A stretch of DNA of 64,000 bases from Blastocatellia bacterium (lineage in GTDB: Bacteria > Acidobacteriota > Blastocatellia > UBA7656), in assembly GCA_963765495.1 (NCBI GenBank), contig CAVXWP010000005.1, positions 158,531 through 222,530 of the forward strand. Reading direction: 5' to 3'. Below, piece after piece: positions 48,313-58,415 of the stretch. Each line of letters opens with the position of its first letter. Position 1 is the first letter of the stretch. The notes under the pieces were generated by a model. It did not search any database. It was not told the DNA's origin and was given only the letters and a program-made list of their open reading frames with translations. Both the position numbers and the translations under genes were made by a program.

Positions 48313-51300
48313 TTACTTGCTCTCTCCCGTTATCGCTTTCGCGTCCGCCAGCAGTTTGCCAAACCTAGCGTAGTTTACTTTTACGCCGTCGTCTAAATCC
48401 AGAGCGATGCGCTGGTCGGCGTAGTGGCGCAGCAACTCGTCGAACGCCTGCAATTCGATCTGCTTCTTTCGCGTTGCGTCCAACTCTCGCTGCATCTTGT
48501 TGCGCGAGGGCGTTGAGGTGGCCGCGCTCACTGCGTCCTCAAGGTTCTTGATGCGCGCCGATAGTTTGCCGAACAAAGGCGTGACGTATTCGTTCCGCAT
48601 TCTCGAAAGCGTGCTTTCGTTGTAGCGGTGCAGATAGACCAGGCATTCGAAAGCGCGTTGTTTGCCCGAAGTAAAGAGCCAGTAGATCGGGCGTTTCTTG
48701 TAGGTCTGCAAGTGATCTTTATAAAATTGTGCGCTGTAGTAGCGGCGTATAGTCTCGCGCGGCGTATCAGTCTGTTTTAGTGAAAGGCTGTCGGCAACGA
48801 ACTGTAAATTTGCATCGAGAGTTTCCGTTGACCACGCAACGCGCAGGAATTCTGCGAAGCGATTAGCAGCGTCATCGGCAAACCATTCGAGGTCGGTTAC
48901 GGGGATGATGCCGTCTTCGTCGGCTGCGAGTTTTGTGTATTGTGTTTGATCGAAGCCAACACCAGCGGCGTTGGCATAGATGAGTCCCGGCTTATCGAGG
49001 CTGTAGCGCCCCATCATACAGCCTACGGCGTAAGAGAGCAGGCGTTTGATATCGGCTTCGCGGTCGGCGCGTGCGAGGGTGATCTGGTCTTCGGGGACTT
49101 CGGGCGTGAGTTCATCTTCGAGGCCATAGGCTTCGATAAAGAGGCGATTATTTTCGGTTTCGAGTTCCTGCATCCGCTTGATGTTCGCGGCGCAGAACGA
49201 TTGCCAGTTGTTGAAGGAGTCTTCGGCGGTCGCGTCTTTGAGGTCTTCGCGCAGCAAAGGTGAGATTTGAAAATCCCACGAAGTTTCAAACGAATTCCAT
49301 TCTTCGCGAGCTAAGTTAATCGCAGACAACACCTCGGTTTCGATGGCATCTTTTTCAGCTTCTAATTTGCTGGATAATACAGGAATAACGCCAATATCCC
49401 CTGATTGAAACTCTATGGTTGGGTTCAGAATTTTTAAGAACGCAACTGCAACTTTTGAGCTTAATAAACCTAACATTAAATAGATGTTATCCTTATCAAC
49501 AAATGCTGAAGAGCCCTTACAATCAAATAAAAAGCCTGTGTCACAAAACCTGACACCAAAATACGATGAACTTGTAGCTGTCCACGTAATTGAAGGCTGA
49601 AAGATGTAATTTAAATTAAAATTATGTGCCCAAATCCTACCGGAAGAATGTTTCGTGGTTTGCAATTCGTAGCCATCGTTTTCCCAATTCACTACATACT
49701 CATTATTCCCATACCAAAGGCGAAATTCTCCTCCCTTATTGTATGGAAACCATTTCTTCTTTGATATTTTTGCTTCTTGGCGATTAGCTATCCCGAAACC
49801 GATTTTTTCATAATTCACTTCTGACCAAAATCTTAGGTACAAGTCGTTATTCCCTGTAGCCATTCCCATCCTAGGCTCACCATAATATCGAAAAGGGTTG
49901 CCTTTCAAAAAAAGGGCTCTTAATTTATTGCTTGCCCAATATCCAATTGGACTCCCTGGTATTTCCTTGAAATCATCTGGTTTAGCTGTATGAAACCAAT
50001 CGCACTCAGGATTCCGAATAGCTTCGAGCGTTTTAGGAGCTTGATTTTGCGCTCCTCTAAACTCTGAAAGTCGAATATAAGAACTGACATACTGACTTAT
50101 ATGATTTTTATATACCGTAAAAGTACAAATGGGAACTGTAGCTCCATCAAATCCTGAATATTCAAGCTGAATCAATGTCGTTAATGTTGAATCATCTATT
50201 AACTTTAAGCGCAACTCCTCATAAGAAGATATAAACATCCATACGAACGGCGACATAAAACCTAATTGTCCCATCAGTTTTGATAATTCCAAATTGCGAA
50301 TAACAAAAGAAGCAAAAAGGTCTTTGTCATATTTTCTATAATTCTCTTTAAGATATTGTTTTAATTTTGGGTTTACATACTTGCTATTCATATATGGCGG
50401 ATTGGCAATCACGCAGTCGTATTTGCGCGCCAGCATTTCAGCCTGTCGCACGAAGGGCAAGACTTTCTCTGCCGCTGTGCGCTCGATCAAATCACCACCC
50501 TGCAATTTCTCTTCAACCCATCGCGCGATCTTCTCCAACTTAGCAGCCAATTCATCAGGCACAGTTATCAGCGAGCCGTAGGTCTTGCCGTCTTTGAATA
50601 AACCAAGCAACGCCCGAATGTCTTCCTGCGTCACCTCTGCGCTTGTCGCTACGGTCAATACTTGCTGGCGCGAGATGTCCGGAAACAACCCGCCGCCGCC
50701 GACAAGCGGCTCCGCCTTTTTCACCGTCAACGCGTCCGCAAGCGCGGCAAAGTCTTTCTCGAATGCGGCGCTTGATTGAATCGCCAACACGTTCACGAGG
50801 ACTGAGGACTGAGTTTGATCGCGTGCCTTCACCCTGTCCCCTGTTCCCTGTCTCCTATCGAATATTCTTCGATCATCGGCGCGGGCTTTCATCAACAGGG
50901 CAAAGGCGGCGAGTTGCGCGGCGCGGTCGTCTATGTCCAGCCCATAAAGGTTCTTTTGCAGAATCAGACGCGGGATGTCTCGGCTGCGATAACCACGCTC
51001 CAGATAAATCTCTTTGAGCAGGTCGTAGGCTTCCACTAATATGTGACCCGAACCGCAAGCCGGATCAATGACAGTGATGGATTCGGGATCAATCTCTTTG
51101 GGGGTAATCGCGGCGAGTTGCGCTTTGACTTCATCGGTCTGCTCCGCAGGCTCGATGTAATATTCCATCTTCCCACGCAAAGGTGAATCGGGATAGGTCG
51201 CAAGCCACATTCTGCCAAGCGAGTTCTGCGTCATATACTTGACGATCCAGTTCGGCGTGAAGAGTTGCGTGGCAGCGGGAATGTCTTCGCTTTTGACGAC

Positions 51301-51972
51301 CTTGCCGATGACCTGATCTTTCTTTTCGGAGATGTAGAACTGATAAAGCCAGCCGATGATTTCAACCTGCTGCCAATCCTCTTCATCAATCTCGGTGACG
51401 AGTTTGCGAATGATGGACTGAGTGTGCAGCAAATTATCGGGCAGCAAAAGCTCTGTCTCGTCGTTGATGCGCTCGAACAAGAAAGGCATCGCCGTGTTGA
51501 GCGCGTTGCACTGGGCGACAAGCAGCAAGCGATAAAGCTCGGCGTCTTTGTTGGCGAGTTTCATCGCTATGATCTGCTCGCGGCTGGTGCCGGGCAGCGT
51601 GACGTTCGCGGCTTGTTCGAGAATTTCGGGGATGTGGCTGCCGTTTGGATTGCTCAGGATGCAATAGCCGTGATCGAGGTAGCCGTGAACTTCCATATAA
51701 CGGAGCGCCGTGAAGCGATTGAACCAGCAGTAAGCGGTTTCTTCGATCAGCTTATCAAAACCATCGCGCCGGATGCGCTCGGCCAGGCGCGCGTGTTGGG
51801 CGGCGACTTCTTTGGGATAAGCGCGACCATCAATCAAGGTGACATCGCCGCGAAGATCGGCGGGGATGATTTTATCTTTGGATAGACCCAGGAGGTTGGC
51901 GCGATCTGAGACGGCTTGAATAAAAGCACGGCGCGCGGCAGGAGCATAGGCTTTAAGCTTGTTCTTGTTCAT
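48313..51972 (-). CDS. pglX: BREX-1 adenine methyltransferase PglX (BrxX)
   Basis: WFNRFTALRYME, IPAATQLFTP, DPACGSGH, NPPY, YKKRPIYW, LDLDDGVKVNY. Confidence 0.97.
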   Translation of the reverse strand: MNKNKLKAYAPAARRAFIQAVSDRANLLGLSKDKIIPADLRGDVTLIDGRAYPKEVAAQHARLAERIRRDGFDKLIEETAYCWFNRFTALRYMEVHGYLDHGYCILSNPNGSHIPEILEQAANVTLPGTSREQIIAMKLANKDAELYRLLLVAQCNALNTAMPFLFERINDETELLLPDNLLHTQSIIRKLVTEIDEEDWQQVEIIGWLYQFYISEKKDQVIGKVVKSEDIPAATQLFTPNWIVKYMTQNSLGRMWLATYPDSPLRGKMEYYIEPAEQTDEVKAQLAAITPKEIDPESITVIDPACGSGHILVEAYDLLKEIYLERGYRSRDIPRLILQKNLYGLDIDDRAAQLAAFALLMKARADDRRIFDRRQGTGDRVKARDQTQSSVLVNVLAIQSSAAFEKDFAALADALTVKKAEPLVGGGGLFPDISRQQVLTVATSAEVTQEDIRALLGLFKDGKTYGSLITVPDELAAKLEKIARWVEEKLQGGDLIERTAAEKVLPFVRQAEMLARKYDCVIANPPYMNSKYVNPKLKQYLKENYRKYDKDLFASFVIRNLELSKLMGQLGFMSPFVWMFISSYEELRLKLIDDSTLTTLIQLEYSGFDGATVPICTFTVYKNHISQYVSSYIRLSEFRGAQNQAPKTLEAIRNPECDWFHTAKPDDFKEIPGSPIGYWASNKLRALFLKGNPFRYYGEPRMGMATGNNDLYLRFWSEVNYEKIGFGIANRQEAKISKKKWFPYNKGGEFRLWYGNNEYVVNWENDGYELQTTKHSSGRIWAHNFNLNYIFQPSITWTATSSSYFGVRFCDTGFLFDCKGSSAFVDKDNIYLMLGLLSSKVAVAFLKILNPTIEFQSGDIGVIPVLSSKLEAEKDAIETEVLSAINLAREEWNSFETSWDFQISPLLREDLKDATAEDSFNNWQSFCAANIKRMQELETENNRLFIEAYGLEDELTPEVPEDQITLARADREADIKRLLSYAVGCMMGRYSLDKPGLIYANAAGVGFDQTQYTKLAADEDGIIPVTDLEWFADDAANRFAEFLRVAWSTETLDANLQFVADSLSLKQTDTPRETIRRYYSAQFYKDHLQTYKKRPIYWLFTSGKQRAFECLVYLHRYNESTLSRMRNEYVTPLFGKLSARIKNLEDAVSAATSTPSRNKMQRELDATRKKQIELQAFDELLRHYADQRIALDLDDGVKVNYARFGKLLADAKAITGESK

Positions 51973-52078
51973 CTGTGATTCAACCCTTGTTCAATGGTTC
52001 TGGCGCGAACGAACGCATTGCCAGACATTACACTCTTTCTTTCACTCTTTTAAGTGAATTCACGCTTTTCGTGATTTT

Positions 52079-53134
52079 TCACTTTTTCCGGGATTTTAAT
52101 TTCTTTTTCCAGATAGCTCCGGGGCCTCGCCCAAGACATTCAATCTTACCTTCGCCCCTGAGCGACCAGAGCACGCGCCTGACCATATCGCGGCTCACGC
52201 CGGGGCTGATGCGTTCAAGGTCACTGAGCGTAAAAGTTTCAGGCAGCGAATCAATTGCTGAGACAACCATCGCGGTCTTCGAGCCTCGGGGCGAAGCGGT
52301 TTGATTGACGCGGCTTTCAAATTCCTGATAAGCGAGTTTCAAGATGTAGAGCGCGTAGTTAATGAACGGCCAGCCGTCGTGTTTGCCTTTGTGCCAGCCT
52401 TGCGAACTGGCTTCAAGCGTTTCGTAATAGCGTTCTTTGTTTTGCTCGATAAGGCGCTCGATACTGATGTATCGCCCGACTTCGTAGCCAAGTTGATAGC
52501 CTTGCAACAATAATAGAAGCCGCGAGACTCGCCCGTTGCCGTCGCGAAAAGGGTGAATGCACAGAAAGTCTAAATTGAAAGCGGCGAGCGCAATCAGAGG
52601 ATGAACCCAACGCTCTTTGAGGACGCGATTCCAGTATGAAACCAGTTCTTCGACATAACGCGGCGTGTCTTTCGCTGACACGGTTTTGAAACGCACGCGG
52701 CTGCGCCCGTCCGGGTATTTTTCGATAATGTCGCTGTCGCGTTCTTTGTACTCCCCCGCATCACCCAAACCGCCACGCGAAAGATAATGAAGCCTGTGTA
52801 TTAAATCTTCGTTGATCTCTAAATTCTTGCCCTCTTCGTGAATCAGTTTTAGAGCATCGCGGTAACCGCGAATCTCTTCTTCATCGCGGTCGTGCAGAAG
52901 AGATTTGCCAAAGATGACTGTGCCTATGCGAGACTGGTCTATCTGAACACCTTCGATGCGGTTTGAAGAGATGGCACTTTCAATCATTGCGTGCTCGCGG
53001 AGGACCTTAAGCTTTTGTGGCGATTGCTTGATAAAGAGTTCCTGTTTGCCGCGCGCCTCGCCCAAGTCGGCAAGATACCAGGCCGTCACCGCAGGGATAG
53101 TTTCCTGCCCATTCTCGAATTGTTTCAGTGTCAT
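52079..53134 (-). CDS. Fic family protein inside BREX
   Basis: Canonical HPFRDGNGRVSR; N-terminal inhibitory-type SNRIEG; C-terminal HTH-like segment. Confidence 0.92.
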   Translation of the reverse strand: MTLKQFENGQETIPAVTAWYLADLGEARGKQELFIKQSPQKLKVLREHAMIESAISSNRIEGVQIDQSRIGTVIFGKSLLHDRDEEEIRGYRDALKLIHEEGKNLEINEDLIHRLHYLSRGGLGDAGEYKERDSDIIEKYPDGRSRVRFKTVSAKDTPRYVEELVSYWNRVLKERWVHPLIALAAFNLDFLCIHPFRDGNGRVSRLLLLLQGYQLGYEVGRYISIERLIEQNKERYYETLEASSQGWHKGKHDGWPFINYALYILKLAYQEFESRVNQTASPRGSKTAMVVSAIDSLPETFTLSDLERISPGVSRDMVRRVLWSLRGEGKIECLGRGPGAIWKKKLKSRKK

Positions 53135-53151
53135 CACAGTATTACTACTCG

Positions 53152-56100
53152 TTATTGAATGCGAATGCGATGATTACCTTTAACAGCTGCTTCAAGTTCT
53201 TTTCTCAAAGTATTCAAGAACTCGTCAATATCTTCCTGAGTATCGAGATAGAGTTTTACTGAAAGAGCAGCGGCTCGAACCTGCTTTACAGGTTTCGATT
53301 GTGCTTGTTGGCTTTCCGGTGTTGAAGGCTTCTTGCGCTCGATCAAGTCCAGTGATTGTTCAAGGGATTCTTCAACTCTCAATCTCTGGTGAGAGATCGC
53401 CGGAATGCTCTGCTCGTTTTGGATAAGCTTCTTGATTTCCTGTAAAGGGCGAAGCGCTTCGTTACGAAGATCCGCATTAGCGCCGAGCGCGTCAAGAGCC
53501 TTCTTCACCTGTTCAATTTTGTCGTCAACGAAGGTAGTGGCTTTGTCGCGGTTCTCAGCAATCAACCGCTCGTTTACAGCCATTACCTTAGCAATCAGCC
53601 CGTCAGTGTTCTTGAGGAGAGTATAAGGACTTGGCGATGAAAGAATCTGATCTATATTGCTCAAAGCCTGTCTGGCTTCGGGATCCATTTCCAGCATCTG
53701 GCGATTGACGTGAAAAACGCCGTTGCGAGCATTTCTCAATCTATCCCACGTTGGGCGCTGATTCTTGTAGAAATCCATGAGTTGGGCAACGTCTTCGCTT
53801 AAATCGAGCAGGGCATTTTTGTTCTGATTAAACGCACTAAAAAATTCAAAGCTGTCCTTTATCTTGATGAGCCTGTTAATCAGGGTCATCGATTCATCAA
53901 TCTCTTGCTTGCCGGGATAATCCCCGGTATCTGCGCGAACTTTGAATTCCCTTAGCTCGTCATACCATTTGTCCAACCTTTCACGAATAAAAATGCCAAG
54001 CTCTGTTTCGGAGTCGGGGCCTATTTCGTGGAAGACTTGTTTTGCAATTTCGTTGCTCGCTTTTAGCTCATTTTCCCCTACGACTTTGCGTTTGCTTACA
54101 AGAACCTGCTTCCACCTGACGGACTTGGTGAGCGAATCAATTGCCTCTCTCGGCTGTAGCATAGTGCCTTCAAGGACAAAGTTTATTTCACCCGCAACAA
54201 ACAATCGGGTTACCAAAAGAACTATTTCCCAATCATTCCAGCCGTATGGCACCTTGCAAAAATTATTAACCAGTTCGTCAAGAGCCATGCGTTGATTGCT
54301 GGCAACTTTAAGGTCTATATATTGCCTGACTTCATTGAGAGCTTGTGCGTTTGTCTCTTCGAGATTTACTAAAAGGTTTTGGCGACCGACATCATCTGCT
54401 GTGAGCAGGGCGCGAATCTCTCTCTGCTGATCAGGGGTTAAAACGCTCAGGTAGTCAAGCTTCAAATAGATGTTCTTAACCAGATAATTCTGCGCTTCGC
54501 CAACAGTTGCTTTTGACGTAGCAGCTTCAATATTCAACGATTGCCCCAACACGAAGTAATCAGCCTCGCGCACCATCTTGTCGAGTGTAGTAACCAATCT
54601 GCCTTTTCTCTGATTGTTCTCCTCTTTCCGATTCTTCAAAATGCTCTGAAGGCTGTCAGGTGCGGAGGTATCACTTTTATGGTGGATATATTTTTCGGTC
54701 TGAATATAAGCACGAATATCGCGGATTAATTCAGGATTGTCCGAAAGCTTGATAAGAACTTTTCCACCACTCTCGCTGCTCGCGCCAATGCACTTTGCGC
54801 CTATGTAAAATGTGTATTCTTCATTAAGCGGGGATATTACTTCCATATTCAATTCGCCAACTTGCCTACCGTGCAGTGACCCATCGAAGTAACGATTGAA
54901 ATCATAGTCATTCTTGTTCTGTTGATAGCGAAATTTGTTGCTTCCTTCCACGACCTCATCATAAAGCAGCCTGGCAAGGAGCATTCTCTCTTCAGTGCTA
55001 TGGACCTCGACATTTTTGATTTCACGACTTACATCTCTCTCTTCATTCGTGAGAAAGAAATAAAGATCACCGTTTCTACTGATTAATGTCTCTTTTTCCA
55101 AACGGACAAGACTCTCTTCAATCTTCCGCTTGAGCGCAAAACGGTCTGTGTCAATTTCATCAATACATAACGTGACGAGGTTATCTATAGTCGGCTTGAT
55201 TATATCGACATAGCGAATCAGGAAAAGAGCGCGCAGAAGCTGCTTATCAAAATCTTCTAAGGCATCGTAATCATCAGCCTGTTCGATTGTTCTTTTAACA
55301 GTCGTATCAAGGAATCCTTCAATTGAAGGATAAAATTCATACATAGGTACGAGCGCACCAAGCGATTTTTCGGAGATGCTCTTTGCTGCCAATTGGAAGG
55401 CATCCAGCATAGAACGTTCGCCTCTGCTCAGATGGATACCTGTTGCCCCAACCTTACGAATAGACTCGAATATCTTCTGAACAAGCTGGAAGTGATACGG
55501 CGCGAACGGGTAGTCGATAACAAAATCGTGTTTGTCTCTGTAATTCTTTAGTGTCGGGCCACTACTGCTGAAGCTCAGTTGGTTTTTGAGTATATCCCCT
55601 TTTTCCTTGAACAATTTTTCAAGTACACGGCTCGCGTCTTCTGTTTTTTCTAACAAACGCGACTGAATCACCTCATCGGTATTCGTACTGGACAATGAAA
55701 GTCGAGTGTGGAACCGTCCGGCAATCTTTGAAAAGTCATTTGCTTTCGCCCCGCCAAACTCACTAATTATCGAATCAATATCTTCCTGTGAAGTGACGAT
55801 AACCCAGGCTCTTCCGCCGCAGGTCGCTCCCAGGTCTTCAGCGATGGTCTGTAAATTAAGCATCAAACTGGTGTTTGTACTTATGAACTGCCCGACCTCA
55901 TCAACGATGAAAACGATCCTATGATTTGCTCCCTTGCTGTCTAAGTATGCCTTTACCTTTTTGGCGAATTTATCAATTGTCAGACTAAAATTATCAATGG
56001 TGTGATCAAACCACTCTCCCGCCGTTTGATCACTCTTTTCTAAGGTCTTACTCAATGCTTCGACTATCTCATCACGTTTTAGCTTATAAGCGTCACGATC

Positions 56101-56709
56101 TATAACCCACTCGTCGCCTGATACTTCCGCAAATATTTGCTGGAATTTTTCAAATAGTCCTTTATCAGAAAGATAACGCTCAATCTCTGCAATCTGTGGT
56201 GAATCTCCGCTGAATCCTTGACTCTCATTAAAGACACGTGTGAAGACGTTAAGGATGGCTCTGTCTTCTTTACTATCTGCCTTGCTGTCTATGTTGAAGA
56301 GAATAACCTTTGTATCTTTTGAGACGGCTCTCTTGATTTCAGCAAGCAAAAGCTGGTCGTCAATCTTTGAATCAAAAAAATCACTGGCATCACGCGATGT
56401 GGCGGTATCCGGATGATGAGCTTTGCGATTCTCTAATAGATACGAAAGGATCTTTATGAAATGAGACTTTCCTGAGCCAAAAAAACCGGATACCCACACT
56501 CCAATTCTACTTCTAAGAACGGGATCGGTTGGCTTGTCAATCGCTTCAAGATAATTGGAGAAGAAGCGGTTAAAATGCCTGCTTAGTTCTTTCGTGACGA
56601 CATATTCATCCAACTCTTGCCAAACTATGCCTTCATCCTGCTGCTCTACCTTAACAACTCCATTGATCGGTCGAAACAGGTCTTTTGAAAAGATTTTCTC
56701 TATCTTCAT
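53152..56709 (-). CDS. brxC: BREX P-loop ATPase BrxC
   Basis: RPINGVVK, ELDEYVVT, Walker A GFFGSGKS, VDEVGQ, TSQE, GERSML. Confidence 0.96.
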   Translation of the reverse strand: MKIEKIFSKDLFRPINGVVKVEQQDEGIVWQELDEYVVTKELSRHFNRFFSNYLEAIDKPTDPVLRSRIGVWVSGFFGSGKSHFIKILSYLLENRKAHHPDTATSRDASDFFDSKIDDQLLLAEIKRAVSKDTKVILFNIDSKADSKEDRAILNVFTRVFNESQGFSGDSPQIAEIERYLSDKGLFEKFQQIFAEVSGDEWVIDRDAYKLKRDEIVEALSKTLEKSDQTAGEWFDHTIDNFSLTIDKFAKKVKAYLDSKGANHRIVFIVDEVGQFISTNTSLMLNLQTIAEDLGATCGGRAWVIVTSQEDIDSIISEFGGAKANDFSKIAGRFHTRLSLSSTNTDEVIQSRLLEKTEDASRVLEKLFKEKGDILKNQLSFSSSGPTLKNYRDKHDFVIDYPFAPYHFQLVQKIFESIRKVGATGIHLSRGERSMLDAFQLAAKSISEKSLGALVPMYEFYPSIEGFLDTTVKRTIEQADDYDALEDFDKQLLRALFLIRYVDIIKPTIDNLVTLCIDEIDTDRFALKRKIEESLVRLEKETLISRNGDLYFFLTNEERDVSREIKNVEVHSTEERMLLARLLYDEVVEGSNKFRYQQNKNDYDFNRYFDGSLHGRQVGELNMEVISPLNEEYTFYIGAKCIGASSESGGKVLIKLSDNPELIRDIRAYIQTEKYIHHKSDTSAPDSLQSILKNRKEENNQRKGRLVTTLDKMVREADYFVLGQSLNIEAATSKATVGEAQNYLVKNIYLKLDYLSVLTPDQQREIRALLTADDVGRQNLLVNLEETNAQALNEVRQYIDLKVASNQRMALDELVNNFCKVPYGWNDWEIVLLVTRLFVAGEINFVLEGTMLQPREAIDSLTKSVRWKQVLVSKRKVVGENELKASNEIAKQVFHEIGPDSETELGIFIRERLDKWYDELREFKVRADTGDYPGKQEIDESMTLINRLIKIKDSFEFFSAFNQNKNALLDLSEDVAQLMDFYKNQRPTWDRLRNARNGVFHVNRQMLEMDPEARQALSNIDQILSSPSPYTLLKNTDGLIAKVMAVNERLIAENRDKATTFVDDKIEQVKKALDALGANADLRNEALRPLQEIKKLIQNEQSIPAISHQRLRVEESLEQSLDLIERKKPSTPESQQAQSKPVKQVRAAALSVKLYLDTQEDIDEFLNTLRKELEAAVKGNHRIRIQ

Positions 56710-56821
56710 ATTCCCTTCAATATCCTCAGAAGAGGAGTGCTGACCAAAACAATTCTTTGCTCATCATATAAAACAAAGTAGGTCTCGGAGCCACTCTGGC
56801 TGACGCTATACGAATTTAGAA

Positions 56822-57397
56822 TCAGGGAACGAGCCTGAAGGCTCTGTAGTAGTTGTCATTTTCCATTCGGTTAAACAGTCTAAGCCCTTGACCATCATAT
56901 AGTCCGGGATAGAAGACTACTAAAGGTTTTCCCTTCATCAAGTGATGTAGATTATTTAACAACGTATGAGTTCTTATCAAGGGAAACGCGTTACCAACTC
57001 CTGTTACCAAAACAGCATCATTCTCTTCTGGCTTGGCAACTTTGATAAATACTGGAGCAATCCTTTCCTCTTTTAAGGGATCCTTCAGAGCGTTTAGCAA
57101 TTCATCATTCCCTTTTTCAGCTTGAGTTTTTATACAACGATCAAGAAGTTTTCTATTATTTAGATAATCAATTATGAGATGGAAAAGATTGACTTGAGAT
57201 AAGCGAAGGTCAGGGTTCTTTCTTGAAACCTGATCAAGAGCGATAGGAATAAAATTGCGAACCTCAACCTCGTACTCTGGCGGATACTCAAAAATATAGA
57301 AACCGATTTCATTACCGAGCCCTCGGCTAGTAAGGAAATCCTTCGAAGTGATCTTTTCGGCTATCCTATTAAGGCGATGTTTCAATGCATCATTCAT
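56822..57397 (-). CDS. brxB: BREX protein BrxB (DUF1788)
   Basis: GLGNEIGFYIFEYPP, FYPGLYDG, NYYRAFRLVP. Confidence 0.95.
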   Translation of the reverse strand: MNDALKHRLNRIAEKITSKDFLTSRGLGNEIGFYIFEYPPEYEVEVRNFIPIALDQVSRKNPDLRLSQVNLFHLIIDYLNNRKLLDRCIKTQAEKGNDELLNALKDPLKEERIAPVFIKVAKPEENDAVLVTGVGNAFPLIRTHTLLNNLHHLMKGKPLVVFYPGLYDGQGLRLFNRMENDNYYRAFRLVP

Positions 57398-58011
57398 TGA
57401 TTGAGTTCCATGCAGCTTAAAACATACTCTTCATTGTATTCAACAAGATACTGCTTAACTTCCGGCATTAACATAACAGGAATTATTCTCAAAGAGCGTG
57501 TACTGTCAATGTAGCGTGCTTCCGCAAGTATCCTGAAAACCACCTGCCCTAATTTATTTTTTGTTGATTCAGACCATCTCGCCACTCCTTCGTCTATTTG
57601 CTGGCAGTCCTCAACAAAAATGTTCCAGTCTCGCTTATCTAGTTGCTTATTAAAAACTCTAAGATTCTGTTTAACTACTCGCTGGATAAATTCTCCCAAG
57701 AGGCGGCTGTGCTTTATTGCAGCGGCCAAGAGTGCTTGAGTTGCCACTTCCGAATTTCCATTCGCGATGAGTTCCCATAATTTAGGATGCATTAGAGAAA
57801 GACGGTTCTGTATGAGGCGAACCATTCTTTTGATGGTCGCCGGGCTCTTTTTTTGTAGGATATTCTCTACCACAAGGAAGTGATACCAATCCTCTTCTTT
57901 AGCACCTTGAAGAAGAAGCTTTGCAACTTGTCGGCTCTCTTTTACCAGGAGTGCACCCGCTACGATTTGAGCATTAAATGAATTAAGGTTTTTATTTGTT
58001 TGCTCCATCAA
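57394..58011 (-). CDS. brxA: BREX protein BrxA (DUF1819)
   Basis: LLVKESRQVA, ENILQKKS, WSESTKNKL..ILAEA; ATGA overlap with brxB. Confidence 0.93.
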   Translation of the reverse strand: MMEQTNKNLNSFNAQIVAGALLVKESRQVAKLLLQGAKEEDWYHFLVVENILQKKSPATIKRMVRLIQNRLSLMHPKLWELIANGNSEVATQALLAAAIKHSRLLGEFIQRVVKQNLRVFNKQLDKRDWNIFVEDCQQIDEGVARWSESTKNKLGQVVFRILAEARYIDSTRSLRIIPVMLMPEVKQYLVEYNEEYVLSCMELNQ

Positions 58012-58032
58012 TAGTCATCTCTTTATCTTCCT

Positions 58033-58375
58033 CGGATTCAACAATGAGGTGCAACAGTTGATAAGTTGAAGAATACCTATTTCGTATTCGATAGCCAAGT
58101 GTCTTGTGCGGTCCCTCATTGAGCCGTTCAGCGACGCCAGCACCTGTTGATCGGCGTGAGGTCGCTGCCTTTTGGAAAGTATTGCCATACCAAGTCATTG
58201 GTGTTTTCGTTCAGGCCGCACTCTCAACTCTGATAGAGATGCGCAAGATAAAACTTGGCGCTGAGCGCGTCCATAAGCGCTTCGTGTACAACAACCTCTT
58301 TCCCATTATCAGCAGTGATCGTATGGACGCACTCCGACAACGGCGTCAGCATTTTGATGAGAGCGGCCCATAACA
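58033..58375 (-). pseudogene. Degenerate IS30 family remnant (3' end)
   Basis: TITADNGKE, NENTN.L..QYFPKG, LNEGPHKTLGY with stops/frameshifts; IS30-like end GTTGCACCTCATTGTTGAATCCG. Confidence 0.75.
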
Positions 58376-58415
58376 GATCATCTATCAGGCTGACCTACAA
58401 ACCTCACATGTCAAC

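Noticed and set aside
48313-51972. Invertible or phase-variable pglX shufflon
   Set aside because: No second partial pglX, no adjacent invertase and no flanking inverted repeats seen
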